Shown: positions 53,168 to 64,000 of the stretch, one piece after another
How positions within the stretch are numbered: the stretch's first letter is position 1
How the letters are laid out: each line of letters begins with the position of its first letter
DNA from: Epithemia pelagica
Taxonomy: Eukaryota > Protista > Bacillariophyta
Reading direction: 5' to 3'
Assembly: GCA_946965045.2 (NCBI GenBank)
Contig: OX337229.1
Location: 4,278,001 to 4,342,000 of the forward strand
DNA: 64,000 bases
Made by a program: the position numbers and the translations under genes
Notes under the pieces: generated by a model
What the model was told of the DNA's origin: nothing
The model's database searches: none
The model's input: the letters and a program-made list of their open reading frames with translations, nothing else

Positions 53168-54134
53168 CTTGGGAGTGGAAAGCGGAATGGCGGTTTTGTT
53201 GGGTGGATTGTTGTGGTTGTTTGGATTGTTGGTATTAGTTGCTTCTTGGTTTTCCTCCTCAAACACTTGCGAGATATACAATGCTTTGACCGGCGAAGAT
53301 TGAGTTGCAAACTCGACTTGTCCCAAAGAGTGACGACGGTGTAGAAGGTGGAAGGACAGGGAAGATGCACCTCTGTTGCTTGTTGGTTGTGCGCTGTTTG
53401 GTTCGAGATGACCTTGTGCTGCGGTATCATCACCACCAAAGGGGTTTGGTAGATAGGAAGAGCCAAGGTGCTGACTTGGACCAATGAAAGAAAGGAAACG
53501 GATTGGATGGAGAAGGGGTGGGAGGATTCGGCTCTTGTGAAGATACGTTCTGAGTTTTGGCGATGCTGTTGTTTCTGCCATCTTGCATTGACGCTCGGGA
53601 CGCTTCGGATGCACCTTGCGCCTCAAAAGCATCTTGGGCTTGCTTCTGAGAGAGACGATGCTTTCGGTGGGAAGATGAAGACATTGATAAGGTCGTTCAC
53701 AGGCACCGTACCTCGGCCACCGTAATGAATGTGGTGTGTGGTTTGGGATTTTGTATCAACACCGAGAGCTCAGGATCGCGCCATGGGGGTGAGTATACGA
53801 AAGCCCTTTTTAAGTGCGACTCAATACTCGCCCGGCGCTTGGGGGTAAGGTTACTACTCACACTCACCCCTGCTTGGGGGTAGCCCATGACCCATTTTCA
53901 GTCCCACCCAGCGCAAGGACACCCAAAGATCCATCAAGGCGATGGAGATGGATGGCAACAGTGACGATGGCGTAGACAATCTCTTAGTGACAGATTGCAG
54001 CAGATCTGTTGAAATCGACAGAGTCGGAAGGAAACGGTTAAAGTTGGCAAGACATATCGAGAAAGATTCAGCTGATACAACGTGACCTCTGTACAATTTT
54101 CAGCAAGAAGTAATATCCATGTAGGCACACCAGT

Positions 54135-54851
54135 ATGGCAATGGCAGGCAAGCGGCAAATGTGTGATCGCTGCAATCGTGCCGTGAAAGGAGGATGCATC
54201 TGTTCCGCATTGCCACTCGAGCCGGTGGTACTTCATGAGTGTCACTGCTTTATCCTACAGCATCCTCATGAACACGAACGCAAGAATCGCAGTTTACCCT
54301 TTGTCGAACTGTGCTTGTCCACAGAGAGTGTGACGGTTGTGGTAGGGCGACATTTCGGACGAGTGGAATCAAGATTCGTCGAACGCCTCCATGATCCCAT
54401 TGCAACAGTGTGGCTCATTTATCCTTCGGACGAAGCAATACCTCTGGCACAAGCCCTATCTGAATGGAGAAATGAACAAGAACGGACGTACGATTCCAGT
54501 GGTCTCCATAATCGACCAAGTCTGACACTGCTTCTACTGGATGGAACATGGAAATATGCCAAGGAAATGGATACAGCCAATCGTGCACGAAATTTGTACC
54601 CCGCACACCTAAAGCATGTCAAGCTCACACCGGACGACCTCCGCGACCTTCCCCTACGGAATCGGTTTGATATTCGAACGCCACCCTCCGAGAATCATTT
54701 GTCAACGGCAGAAACATTGGCATGGGTGGCGGCCCAAGTGGAAAACGATACAAGTGTGTACGATACGATTATGAAACCCTTAGATCGAATGGTGGAGCAG
54801 TGGCATTCCTTTCAAGAGCAATCGAAACCAACCACCAAAACTGATGATTGA
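54135..54851 (+). CDS. DTWD2: DTW-domain tRNA-uridine aminocarboxypropyltransferase
   Basis: N-terminal CDRC..CIC, ILQHPHE, LIYPS, LLLDGTWKYAKEM, IRTPP..LSTAE. Confidence 0.92.
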   Translation: MAMAGKRQMCDRCNRAVKGGCICSALPLEPVVLHECHCFILQHPHEHERKNRSLPFVELCLSTESVTVVVGRHFGRVESRFVERLHDPIATVWLIYPSDEAIPLAQALSEWRNEQERTYDSSGLHNRPSLTLLLLDGTWKYAKEMDTANRARNLYPAHLKHVKLTPDDLRDLPLRNRFDIRTPPSENHLSTAETLAWVAAQVENDTSVYDTIMKPLDRMVEQWHSFQEQSKPTTKTDD

Positions 54852-55237
54852 CAAACATGAGTCATTGAGTAAAAATCCATTGGAAACGGAGGGCCGGTTT
54901 CAATCCACTAATACCTCCATTGTTCCTCCTGAATGAATACGTGATAGTCCCAGCAGTGAAACGAAATTCAGCTTTATGATGAATGTGATGAAACAAGCAC
55001 GAGGAAAATATCCTTCATGATGATGGCTTGGGAATCCACACTGACGGCATTCACCAACACCATGAACCATTCATGCCGTTTCTCCCTCCATAATGATAGG
55101 AGTAATAGACTCCTCTAAGCCCTATACTAGCAGCTGCTACCATTCCAGAAAAGGTAGCCACCGCTTAATGCGACCAATCTGCTGATGATAGTAAAAATAT
55201 CTCTCTCGAATCGATTTCTGTTGTGTCGAGAACAATC

Positions 55238-57397
55238 ATGATGGCGAGGACAATGAGGACGGTACTCTGGCTGATTTTCGTGTTTCAATGGACCAGACAT
55301 GTCTCTGGGAAAGAATACCCGAGTTTGATTCCGAAGACATCGCATCCCGGGTTTTTAATACTGGGAAAACAACAATCCTCGTCGTCTCTCAAACTCGAGG
55401 CAGACGAGAGAAGCATGACAACAGCCAAGCTCGCAGCCATGGTGACCATTCTGCGCACAAGGGGAGGTTCAGGACGCAAGGCAAAAAGCCCTCCTAGTAA
55501 GAAAAAGAGAAACGATGTTCTTGATCCAGAACAAGACAGTGACAACACCGTCGACGAGAAGGAAGACGATGATGATAGTGATGACGTGGAACATGACGAT
55601 GTCTTCACGATGTTAGCTCATGCTGTCCAAGACCGACTCGATATGAACGATGACGCATCAGAGCAGGAGAAGTTATCGATTGACGATTTGGTTCAAGCGT
55701 TTGAATCACTGGCAAAAGCTCAACAAACATTCAAGGGTTTGGACGGTGTGGCCCATGAAGCCTATCAACGAACGCATACCCAGTCGACATCTTCCTCGTC
55801 ATCGGCATCTTCCTCAGTGACGCAAGTATCGGGACGTGCATCTCGAGTCGCTGCACGAACCAGTGCCGTGGCGCTGGCTTTGGGAGCTTGCGAATTGTGC
55901 GAACTGGTCGTTCTGCATCCACCATCGACATCAACTCCTTCTTCGGAAGACCCTCTTTCCGAATGGAATGCCACCACATGTACATTGTCCGACCATTATG
56001 GGCAGGTCTTGTGCAACGAAACCATTGCCGTGCTTCCTTCTGGTAATGGCCGTCGCACCAAGACAAAAACAGAAGCAGAACCACAACTTTCTTTGCGACT
56101 GTTGGTTTTGTTCGACTCATCGTATCAAGGTGGTGCTGGAGTCCAGTACGGAGCCATTGACGAATTGGTAGCACAGGGTCCCCATCCACGAAAGGGTGCT
56201 TTGCCCAGAGGACGATTGGTGGTGGTCTTGGGTGTCGATCCTGGAAGACAGGGCCGTCCTCCTCTCGATGGAATCCTTGACGTTTTGTCATCTCCACCTC
56301 GTCATGTCCGATTGGCTGACCCAACCAGCAACAAGGCCGAAACGAACACCAACAAGGAGCCTTCGATCGCTCACGAAGCTGCCTCCGTACAACCTATATT
56401 ACATACGGTCGCCTCGCAAGTGCTACATCGCCTCCAACCAATTTTACAGCATGCGCCATACAATCAATCCGCCATTCATTTTGTCGGTCATGACTTGGCT
56501 GGGGGTGTCGCCTGCATTGCCGCAACCATTCTACAAGGACAAATTCCCCTAGACAAGAAAACAAAAGCACGGGCCAGCAAAGCTAACAAGAAGAAGCAAA
56601 AGCAGAAGAAGTCATTAAAGAGCCAAAGGGAAAACCTTTCAACATCTACTGACAGCACTAACGATACCAACAGCACGTCTCTTACAAACGATGACAGCAA
56701 CACCACAGAACCTGAAATACCTAGTCTTCAAGGCTTTGGCCGTGGCAGAACTTCGGCCGTAGCATTGGGAGGACCGCCCTGTATTTCATCTAATGTACCG
56801 ACGGAGATTATTGTAAGCATCCTTGCTGGAGATGACCTAGTGGGGAGAGCAACAAGTGACTCCTTGCATCGTTTGTTTCAACGAACCTGGCAAAAAGCAA
56901 GTCGACGTCGACGACACAAGACTGCTGCTGCGTTGTTTGGGCAACCCTGGAATCGCATGGCCGACACCTGGTCCTTGGCGAGCTCCAATCTCAAGACCTA
57001 TGTACATGGAAGTGAAGGAGAAGAAGCACGATTGGCTGTTCCAGGACGAGCCTTTTTGATTCGACCACGACGACTGGGACATCAACAACAACAAGGATCA
57101 GCCGCAGAAGCTATGGGTTCTACGAGCATTCACGAATTTGGTAGTCAACAAGTCAAGGGTGGACGAGAGGCGATTCGGGCCAGCATTTTGTGGCAGCTAA
57201 ACGATATCCTCGTTAGTCGCAGCATGTGGAAACATCATCAACTCAACTACTATATTCAAGCATTAGATCGAGTTCATATCCGTGGACTGGAAAATGCAGA
57301 CCAACCACCACAAGAAGAAGAAGATGATGATGAGGACAATGACGACCAAGACGGAAACGAGGACATGGAGGAGACTCAAGAGGAAGAGGAGGAATGA
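55238..57397 (+). CDS. Class-3-lipase-like alpha/beta hydrolase with signal peptide, apparently lacking the nucleophile Ser
   Basis: IHFVGHDLAGGVACIAATIL, ALGGPPC and SILAGDDLVGRA follow Lipase_3 motif order. N-terminal hydrophobic leader. Confidence 0.7.
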   Translation: MMARTMRTVLWLIFVFQWTRHVSGKEYPSLIPKTSHPGFLILGKQQSSSSLKLEADERSMTTAKLAAMVTILRTRGGSGRKAKSPPSKKKRNDVLDPEQDSDNTVDEKEDDDDSDDVEHDDVFTMLAHAVQDRLDMNDDASEQEKLSIDDLVQAFESLAKAQQTFKGLDGVAHEAYQRTHTQSTSSSSSASSSVTQVSGRASRVAARTSAVALALGACELCELVVLHPPSTSTPSSEDPLSEWNATTCTLSDHYGQVLCNETIAVLPSGNGRRTKTKTEAEPQLSLRLLVLFDSSYQGGAGVQYGAIDELVAQGPHPRKGALPRGRLVVVLGVDPGRQGRPPLDGILDVLSSPPRHVRLADPTSNKAETNTNKEPSIAHEAASVQPILHTVASQVLHRLQPILQHAPYNQSAIHFVGHDLAGGVACIAATILQGQIPLDKKTKARASKANKKKQKQKKSLKSQRENLSTSTDSTNDTNSTSLTNDDSNTTEPEIPSLQGFGRGRTSAVALGGPPCISSNVPTEIIVSILAGDDLVGRATSDSLHRLFQRTWQKASRRRRHKTAAALFGQPWNRMADTWSLASSNLKTYVHGSEGEEARLAVPGRAFLIRPRRLGHQQQQGSAAEAMGSTSIHEFGSQQVKGGREAIRASILWQLNDILVSRSMWKHHQLNYYIQALDRVHIRGLENADQPPQEEEDDDEDNDDQDGNEDMEETQEEEEE

Positions 57398-57571
57398 AAG
57401 GATACTTGGATGGCTATGGATTTGGTTTTCATAGGATCATATTTTGTCTTCGTAGTTCCATTCCATGCAATGTCTCTAGATATGCAAAGTTCAGTTACAT
57501 TATAAGCTTTAAGACTTTTCATGGATGTTACTTCCATTCTAAGCGGCACTATCATTGCTTTGGTCCAGTGC

Positions 57572-60309
57572 TCATGGTTGCGGTTTGGCCATAACATTGG
57601 TCATTTCCAAGGTTTCCTTTAATTGTTCTAGTTGGAGGGTAGTGTTCTCGTACTGACACAAGGCCGCCGCCAATTGAACTGCATTTTTGATTTGCCGACC
57701 ATTGATCTCCGGATATTCAGTGGCCAAATAATCCAAATCGTCTTTGCTAATGCCCGATTTGACGAGACGATTGTTCGTGCCGTTGTCGTTTGCGTTATTT
57801 TGTGAAATTCGTCCCAAGGTGGTTTCCCAAATTTCCCTTCGAGCCTCTGTATGCAGAGCGTCGTATCCCAAGGTACACGTTAATCGAGAGGCAATTGCCG
57901 GATCCAATCGTTCCTTGCCACTATTGGTGGTTAAAAATAAAATGCCAGGATAGTACTCCATTAAACGTAGCATGACACACACCATTGCATTGCGTACCAA
58001 GTCCGTTCCGGTGTGGGTTCGTTTTTCCAACAACATTTCCGCTTCGTCAATCAGCACCAAAGCTTGCCAAGGCAAACACAAGTCAAAGATGTCTTGTAAT
58101 CGACTTTCTAGGGCTTCTGGTGTGACACCCAATTCTCCCATGGATACCCGATACAAGGGTCGATGCAATACTTCGGCAATTGCTTCAGCTGTTAGTGTCT
58201 TGCCGACACCGGCTGGCCCGTGTAACAAGAATATGATCCCTGTCCACCAAGGCACACAATGTAGGATCAAACAACAAAACAACTCTCCTGAGGGTTCTTG
58301 TACAATCACAATGAAGACAAGAAGACAAGAAGAGTTTGCTTACCTTCTCCTTTCCCAGGCAGGACATCGACTTGTCCCATCTGTTTCTCACTCTTGTGAC
58401 GATGATTGGAGTTGTGACTGGTAATCAAGGCTCGCAACAACCGTTTTCTGGCAGCTGGCAAGACCAATTCCTCAAAGGCACGGGTATGGAATTGAACCGA
58501 TGATAATCCATCGACCAAGACAAGGCCCCACAATCGAGTTTCCAAGGAAAACCCACACAAGACAGGCCACGTTTTCCGCAACAGTGTAAGAGGGAGTCCG
58601 CCGTTGTCAGCACTGGAACTGGATAACCACAAGACACTTTCGTACATCATACTCGTGTCCATTTCGTCATTGTTGTCGTCCTCATCCTCACCGTTGTTGT
58701 CGTTTGGTTGTGTTGTTGAGCTTGGTGTGTGGTTGGAGTCGGATTGTTGTTGTTGCTGTTGTCGATGCAAACGAGCCATGGCGGCAAAGGCTTGTGTCAC
58801 GGCTTCTCCTGCCATACCATCTGCTGGTGGTTTGGCTGGATGAATGCCTCGACTCCAGGCTTCGATAATATCGACCATGAGACGTCCTCCTGTTCGTGAC
58901 GAGCGACCAGTGCCATTGGCACGGGACGTACTGGATGATGATGATGACCGCGAGGACGACGACAAGGAGACGGGCCAAAAGGATCCAGCCGTATATTGAA
59001 CCAAGGTTCCACTTGCATGTTTGTCTTTGGGTGGTCGAGAACAAACTTGTTGATATAGTTTGCCTCGCGCCTCCAGTTGTTGAAACAAGGCAGCATGAGT
59101 CTCTGGTGTGGCCAAAACACACATTTCGCCTGTAGTTGTCCCCAGTGACGACGGTGTACCATCTTTCTCCGATGTAGGAGAAGATGCCACAAGATCTTGT
59201 CGAATGCGTCGTGTTCCCTTGAATTCGGAATGAAACACGCGAGCTTCCACCACGGCCAATTGACCTGGTTGTGTGGCCACCACAAATTCGCACGACGCGG
59301 TAAAGGTAGACACTGGATGTCCCAGAGCGGATTTGCCACGGGTAAAGTACGACGCTCGACACGTGACGAGCAATGGACTGGCAGACAATCCGGTCAAGAG
59401 TCCATTGGTATCCAATAAATCCACACCGGGTCGATACAACTCTTGCAAGGCATCAAAATCCACGACACCCTGATCGTAAATGAGGCTACGAGCTGGAGAT
59501 ATACGACTGGATGCAAAGGTGGTTTCCACAAACGTCACCAGTTCGTCCAATCCATCAATCTTGACTAGTGTCGGGGATGACGAGGTTGCTCCTGTGGTTT
59601 GCCATGGCGGTTCGAGACGGACGCCCAATTCCATGGCTTGATGAATCAAACGATAACAGGCGTAGCGACGTTCGTTCTTGGTCAGTTTGGGCAGGGTTGT
59701 AGTACTTGTGGCTGACGATTGGCCCTGACGACGACGTTGGACGTCCTCCACTACGGTATTGTATTGTTGAATGTCGTATTGCAAGGCACGTAACAAGCCC
59801 AAGACATCGTACAATTGTGTCACGGCAATGTGAGTCGTCGATCGACCCCTACTCTTTGGTGTAGGGCCTTGGATGCGAACCTGACAATAATGCCGAGCCG
59901 CTGCTTCCAAGGACAAGTGGCTTTGCCCTGGACGACGCAAGGCATTTGGTTGGACTGCAAACACCACTGTGGCGTCTTCTGATGGTAATGCCTCGCTGTT
60001 ATCCCCGCGTTTCGTCTCAAGTTCGTTGTTGTTGTTGTCCTCTTCATCCTCTTTTGTCAACACATACCAAATATGAGAGTGATCTTCTGTCATCGTTTCT
60101 GTCATCGTCGTCATGACGTTTGAGATTTTCGACTCGAATGGCTGTTCTGCTGCTGGTTCGGTAGATATTGTGTCAGAAGTGGTGAGGTCGTTGGTTGGTT
60201 TTGACTTGGTTCGTCTTTTCCACAACATATGCCAAAACCACAACACACGTTGCACCCCAAGGAAGCAAGAATAATGAGAAATGCGGAGACGATTGCTCTT
60301 GGGGAGCAC
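57572..60309 (-). CDS. AAA+ ATPase (fungal/algal type), intron 58343-58240
   Basis: DVLPGKGEG joins GIIFLLHGPAGVGKTLTAE via a GT-AG intron. Walker B VLIDEAE, LRLMEYYPGILFLTTN and INGRQIKN motifs. Confidence 0.88.
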
Positions 60310-60587
60310 GGTTCGTTGGATGGTATCTTGATCGCAGTTGACAAGATTTTTTATCGATTCTTTTGAATCTTGTTTGGATCTTGGGAAGTCGTGGATCTGG
60401 GCTTGGGGCGTTGGTCGGAAAGTACATTGGGTATTAGGCTCCCAGGTAGATGATCTAAGTTTTCCTCTAGCTTTAGCTTGTCTTTCGAGCAGCGCCGAGA
60501 GTCCCTCTAGGATAACCTTTTATATGTTTGGTGAAGGAGTAACTATGATTCCATTTCTTGTCTCTAAGTACGATTGAAAACTGCTGC

Positions 60588-61319
60588 TTAAAGGGATGTC
60601 GTGTTCCAAACGGATGCCAGGCGACGAAATTCATCCCTCCAGACCTTTAGATAGTCATCCGATTCTAGGGCGTTAAACTTGACTGGATACGAGCCCTTGG
60701 CCTTGATCTTGACTGGGTGCCTCCAAAACAGATTAGGAGATTTGATGAACTGAAACTGGAGACTGTGTGGTAAATTGGCTGCCATTGTACTAATGTCGGC
60801 ATCCTCATAACCATGTCGGTACCTTTCGACACGCTTTTGTTTCGCTTCTTGCACAATCTCGGTTGCGACATTTGGGCTCATGCCGTAAAACTGCCCTTGA
60901 ACATAGTACTGAAGATGTCCAAACCCAGACCCACGATCGTAATGGTGTCGGAGGGCAAAGAAAGCTTCTTTCTTTTTCCTGAAAATCCATTCGTGCTTTG
61001 TGGCAGCTTTTCCCATAATGGTGTTTGAGTTGAATGGGTAGGGAGGCAAAAATGCGTCCAAGTAGTCCACAAACTTGTCAAGAAAAAGCATTGTGTCTCC
61101 ATCCATCTTGGCAATGTAGTCGATTCTTCCTTTTTCTTCCACAATTTGTGTAGCAACATTGAGCCAGGTTTCGGACTTTCCATCTTCCATGTTCTCCTTT
61201 ATATTCAAAACAGTAAAATCGTCGTGTCTTTCGAATCTGAAAAGGCCAATGGCAAGGGTCGTTGTGCTCTGGGATGAGAGATGGAAACGTTTTTGTTTCG
61301 TTCCAGATATTTCGTGGGA
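60588..61319 (-). pseudogene. 3' part of a GT31/galactosyltransferase-like gene cut by copia 3
   Basis: LNIKENMEDGKSETW, DxD motif YIAKMDGDT, YVQGQFYGMS and GYEDADI. The N-terminal anchor is missing and the sequence abuts the LTR at 61320. Confidence 0.65.
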
Positions 61320-61555
61320 TGCGAGTATAGCTGGGGTAGCAAGCTTATACATGGCAACAAGACTCATCAATCACGAATGATGAGCGACGTAGATGTGAAC
61401 GAGTGGATGGAATGACTCATCCAAAAGATATTGAAGAAAAGATCCAAGTGAATTTAGTGAGAATTTAGGACTAACATAATAGTGATTATCAGAATAAGTA
61501 TCCTTTACGGATTGCTCAATGGGAAAGAGACCGCCGTTCTTTTCCACTACTCGCA
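61320..61555 (+). repeat. 5' LTR of copia 3 (236 bp)
   Basis: TGCGAGTA...TACTCGCA, followed by the PBS-like GGTTCTGAGCCCAAG. The second LTR is outside the window. Confidence 0.7.
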
Positions 61556-61657
61556 GGTTCTGAGCCCAAGTATTACGCTGTAGAAGGTTTCCCAAGGTCG
61601 TACGGTGTCAAGGAAGTGAGTGCTCTGGCAAGATAGGACAGAGAGAAGGTGAGAACA

Positions 61658-63400
61658 ATGGCGCGAGCAGAAGACTCGGCAAATGTTTCACCCGCTTCAG
61701 GTGCAGCACCGGCTAACACGGGAGACGATGAGGACTATCAAGACGCCTCAGCGGAAGACCAGACTGGAACCGACAATCGGGAATCCGACTTTGGATTCCG
61801 AACACTCGACGAAACGCTTCAGGGTCTTAATGAGAGAAGACAAAGAAGAACAAGCGATGAAAACAATTCGGATAAGAGTTCAAAGAGCGATGACTACCCG
61901 TTAGATACAGATACCCAATTCATGGTTGGGGGACTGGCAGTTGAGCTGGTGGAACCAGGTTCAAGGGGATATGGTGTCGCAGATCAAGGACCTTTATATC
62001 GGAAAGAGAACAGGGAGAAGATGTCCTTGGAGAAGAAACAAGATCTCTTCAAGGAAGCCGTGAAGACATCGCAAACAAAATATACTTTCACGAGTATGAG
62101 TTTGACCGATGAAAAGAAGTTGGATGAGTGTTATAACACTGCCATCATGATTTCCAAGACCAAGGACACGCATATGGTTTACGATATGCATGACGTGTTC
62201 ACGATTGTGTTCCCCAAGTCGAAGGGATCCCGGAGTATTGAGTCTCGTACTGTAGATCTATATTTAAATTATGAGGAAGTTACTCCCGATGAAGTTGCAG
62301 CCAGTTGTGAATGGTATCGCCGCTGGACAAAGAAGGATTGGTACCGGGAGAATTTGGTACTGACCTACAAGCATCTGGAAAATAACATGACTCAAAGCCT
62401 GTTTGAAAAATGCTACGAACAGTTTGAGACTTACCCTACCATTCAACAAGGGGGTCCGCTGCTCTTCGTCATTATGATGAACATTCTGGTTTCAAGTTCG
62501 GAAGCCGCTATCGATCACTTGAAAGACTTGGTTAAGAATTTGAAGATCAATGAGTTTCAAGGTGAAAATGTTCTTCGTGTTGTAAGTTTGATCCGTGGTG
62601 CACACAAGCGCTTGAAATGGGTCAAGAAAGTTCCAGAGCGTTTTAATCAGCAAGTGCTAAAGGTCATGCAAACTTCATCCGTTGGCAAATTTAACTCCTA
62701 TTTCCGCTATATCGAGCAAACTTATACAATGGCACGGGACATTGGTAAACTTCAAGGTGATCCTGATGACACTGGTGGCTTGGAAGTTGATGTTTTACTT
62801 CGCTTAGCCGAAACTAAGTATAATGAATTATGCAGCAGTAACGACTGGCACGGTTCTAAAACGAAGGGAAAGAACTCCGTGTTCAATGCCCAAGAAGATG
62901 CCAAGAAAGCTGCCAATACTGCCTCTTCGGGCAATGGCAAGCCCCAACCAATTTGTTGGAATTGTGGAAAGCCGGGACATACGGCACCGAAGTGCACGGA
63001 ACCCCGCAACGAACAGAAGATTGCTGCGAACAGAGAGAAGTTTGGTTCTAAGAAGGCAGCCAATGGGACGAGTTCCTCAAATTCTGGAGCAGGTGGTGCA
63101 TCCGGAAAGTGGGCGCCTCCAAAGTCGGACGAGCGAAATCGACGCGTGATTGATGGAAAACATATGTTCTACAACCATCGCACGCATCGCTAGGTTCCGG
63201 ATCGGACGCATTCTTCCAACCAAGATGCGAGTGCTCATGCCGCGCGAGCCGACGGCGCCAGCACGACCAGCACGCTCACCGGAGCGACTGGTACTGTGGC
63301 TGGTTCTACTGTCAATCGCGCTGAGCTCGATGCTGCAGTCGCAAACGTGGCACGCTCCGTCGACCAGTCGCTCCGCAGTCTCGTGGAGCATTTCTCCTGA
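61658..63400 (+). CDS. Copia 3 gag, with probable nonsense TAG at 63191-63193
   Basis: QQGGPLLF and zinc knuckle CWNCGKPGHTAPKC. The frame stays open after the TAG (HR*VPD, likely a former TGG) to TGA at 63398-63400. Confidence 0.8.
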
Positions 63401-64000
63401 TGGGGTGGCCGCTGGGTGGCGTCTTTGGATGGTCCATCTGGTGTAGGCCGACCCTATCATCGCTATGGTCCCAGGAGGGAAACCTGGGCGACCTCTATCT
63501 TCTCATCCTTACTCGACTGTGCGCTCATGAGGGGGATGGGGGACCTATTTTGGCTTTATCTGCCGTGGTTATTTCTACTGTATCTCGCCTTGTTCACAGG
63601 CCTTTGTTGTGCCATGAGCTTGGTCGAGCAAGACTCCAAGTCCGGAGCCACAGCTGCTCATGCTGTGAGCACTCCACCAAGACCGCCAAAACCTCGTTTG
63701 AGACAATCGGTACGCTCCTATGGCCTCAAAATGAAAGCAAGACGTCGAGTCCATCGTGTGATCTGGCGAAACAACCGTCCTTGTCTTTGGTACAACACGG
63801 ACGACTGGGACAACTGGACCAACCCGAGAACGTCGTCTCCAGAGGGAGCGACAAACGACACGACGAAGACTCTTCGAGACCAAATCTTTGGTGGATTGTT
63901 GCTTTGGAGTTTGGCCCTGAAGGACGATTCCTTGCTACCACAAGTCGATCCAGTTCGTCAGTGGCAGACAATCAAATTGTTGAGTCATGGGGCGTGGCTC

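Larger units (their letters stand above)
51934..53880. mobile_element. ~1.95-kb element bounded by long, blocky inverted repeats (non-autonomous DNA-transposon derivative)
   Basis: 51934-52113 and 53747-53880 share, in inverted orientation, CCCCCAAGCAGGGGTGAGT, CCCCCAAGCGCCGGG, CTCACCCCCATGGCGCG and TCTCGGTGTTGATACAAAATC. No TSD found. Confidence 0.7.
61320..64000 (+). mobile_element. Ty1/copia LTR retrotransposon 3 (5' part, runs off the window)
   Basis: LTR with 8-bp terminal inverted repeat, PBS of the same type as copia 1, and gag with zinc knuckle. Confidence 0.85.

Noticed and set aside
61320-61370. Start codon of the GT31-like ORF given by the ORF track
   Set aside because: It lies within the copia 3 LTR and is not host sequence.
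63191-63193. TAG in copia 3 gag as a programmed read-through site
   Set aside because: The context HR*VPD fits a lost Trp codon (TGG to TAG), and gag-like sequence continues to the TGA at 63398.
1-64000. tRNA or rRNA genes
   Set aside because: None recognised. The tRNA-complementary motifs are retrotransposon primer-binding sites only.

Overview
Eukaryotic genomic DNA, most likely a diatom. This is an inference from short (~90-105 bp) GT-AG introns, expanded helicase-associated-domain genes and CoDi-like Ty1/copia elements. Housekeeping genes (NOC4, TBCC, TMEM43, an MFS transporter, a GST, DTWD2, an AAA+ ATPase) are interspersed with many mobile elements. These are a full-length Ngaro/PAT-like tyrosine-recombinase retrotransposon with A...B-A-B split direct repeats (22.3-30.4 kb), two full-length copia elements, the 5' end of a third, a MITE nested in an LTR, a decayed Penelope-like element with a hammerhead-like core, and a 2-kb inverted-repeat-bounded element carrying a RecQ-like helicase fragment. 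The main surprises are: (i) a small intronless VapD/Cas2-like nuclease gene immediately followed by an NLS-bearing ORF; (ii) a young copia with non-canonical TA...TA LTR ends, a primer-binding site matching the anticodon arm of tRNA-Asn and an extra upstream ORF; (iii) repeated gag-UGA-pol in-frame junctions, two of them followed by a hydrophobic, membrane-like linker. All calls come from manual motif reading; no database search or folding was run.
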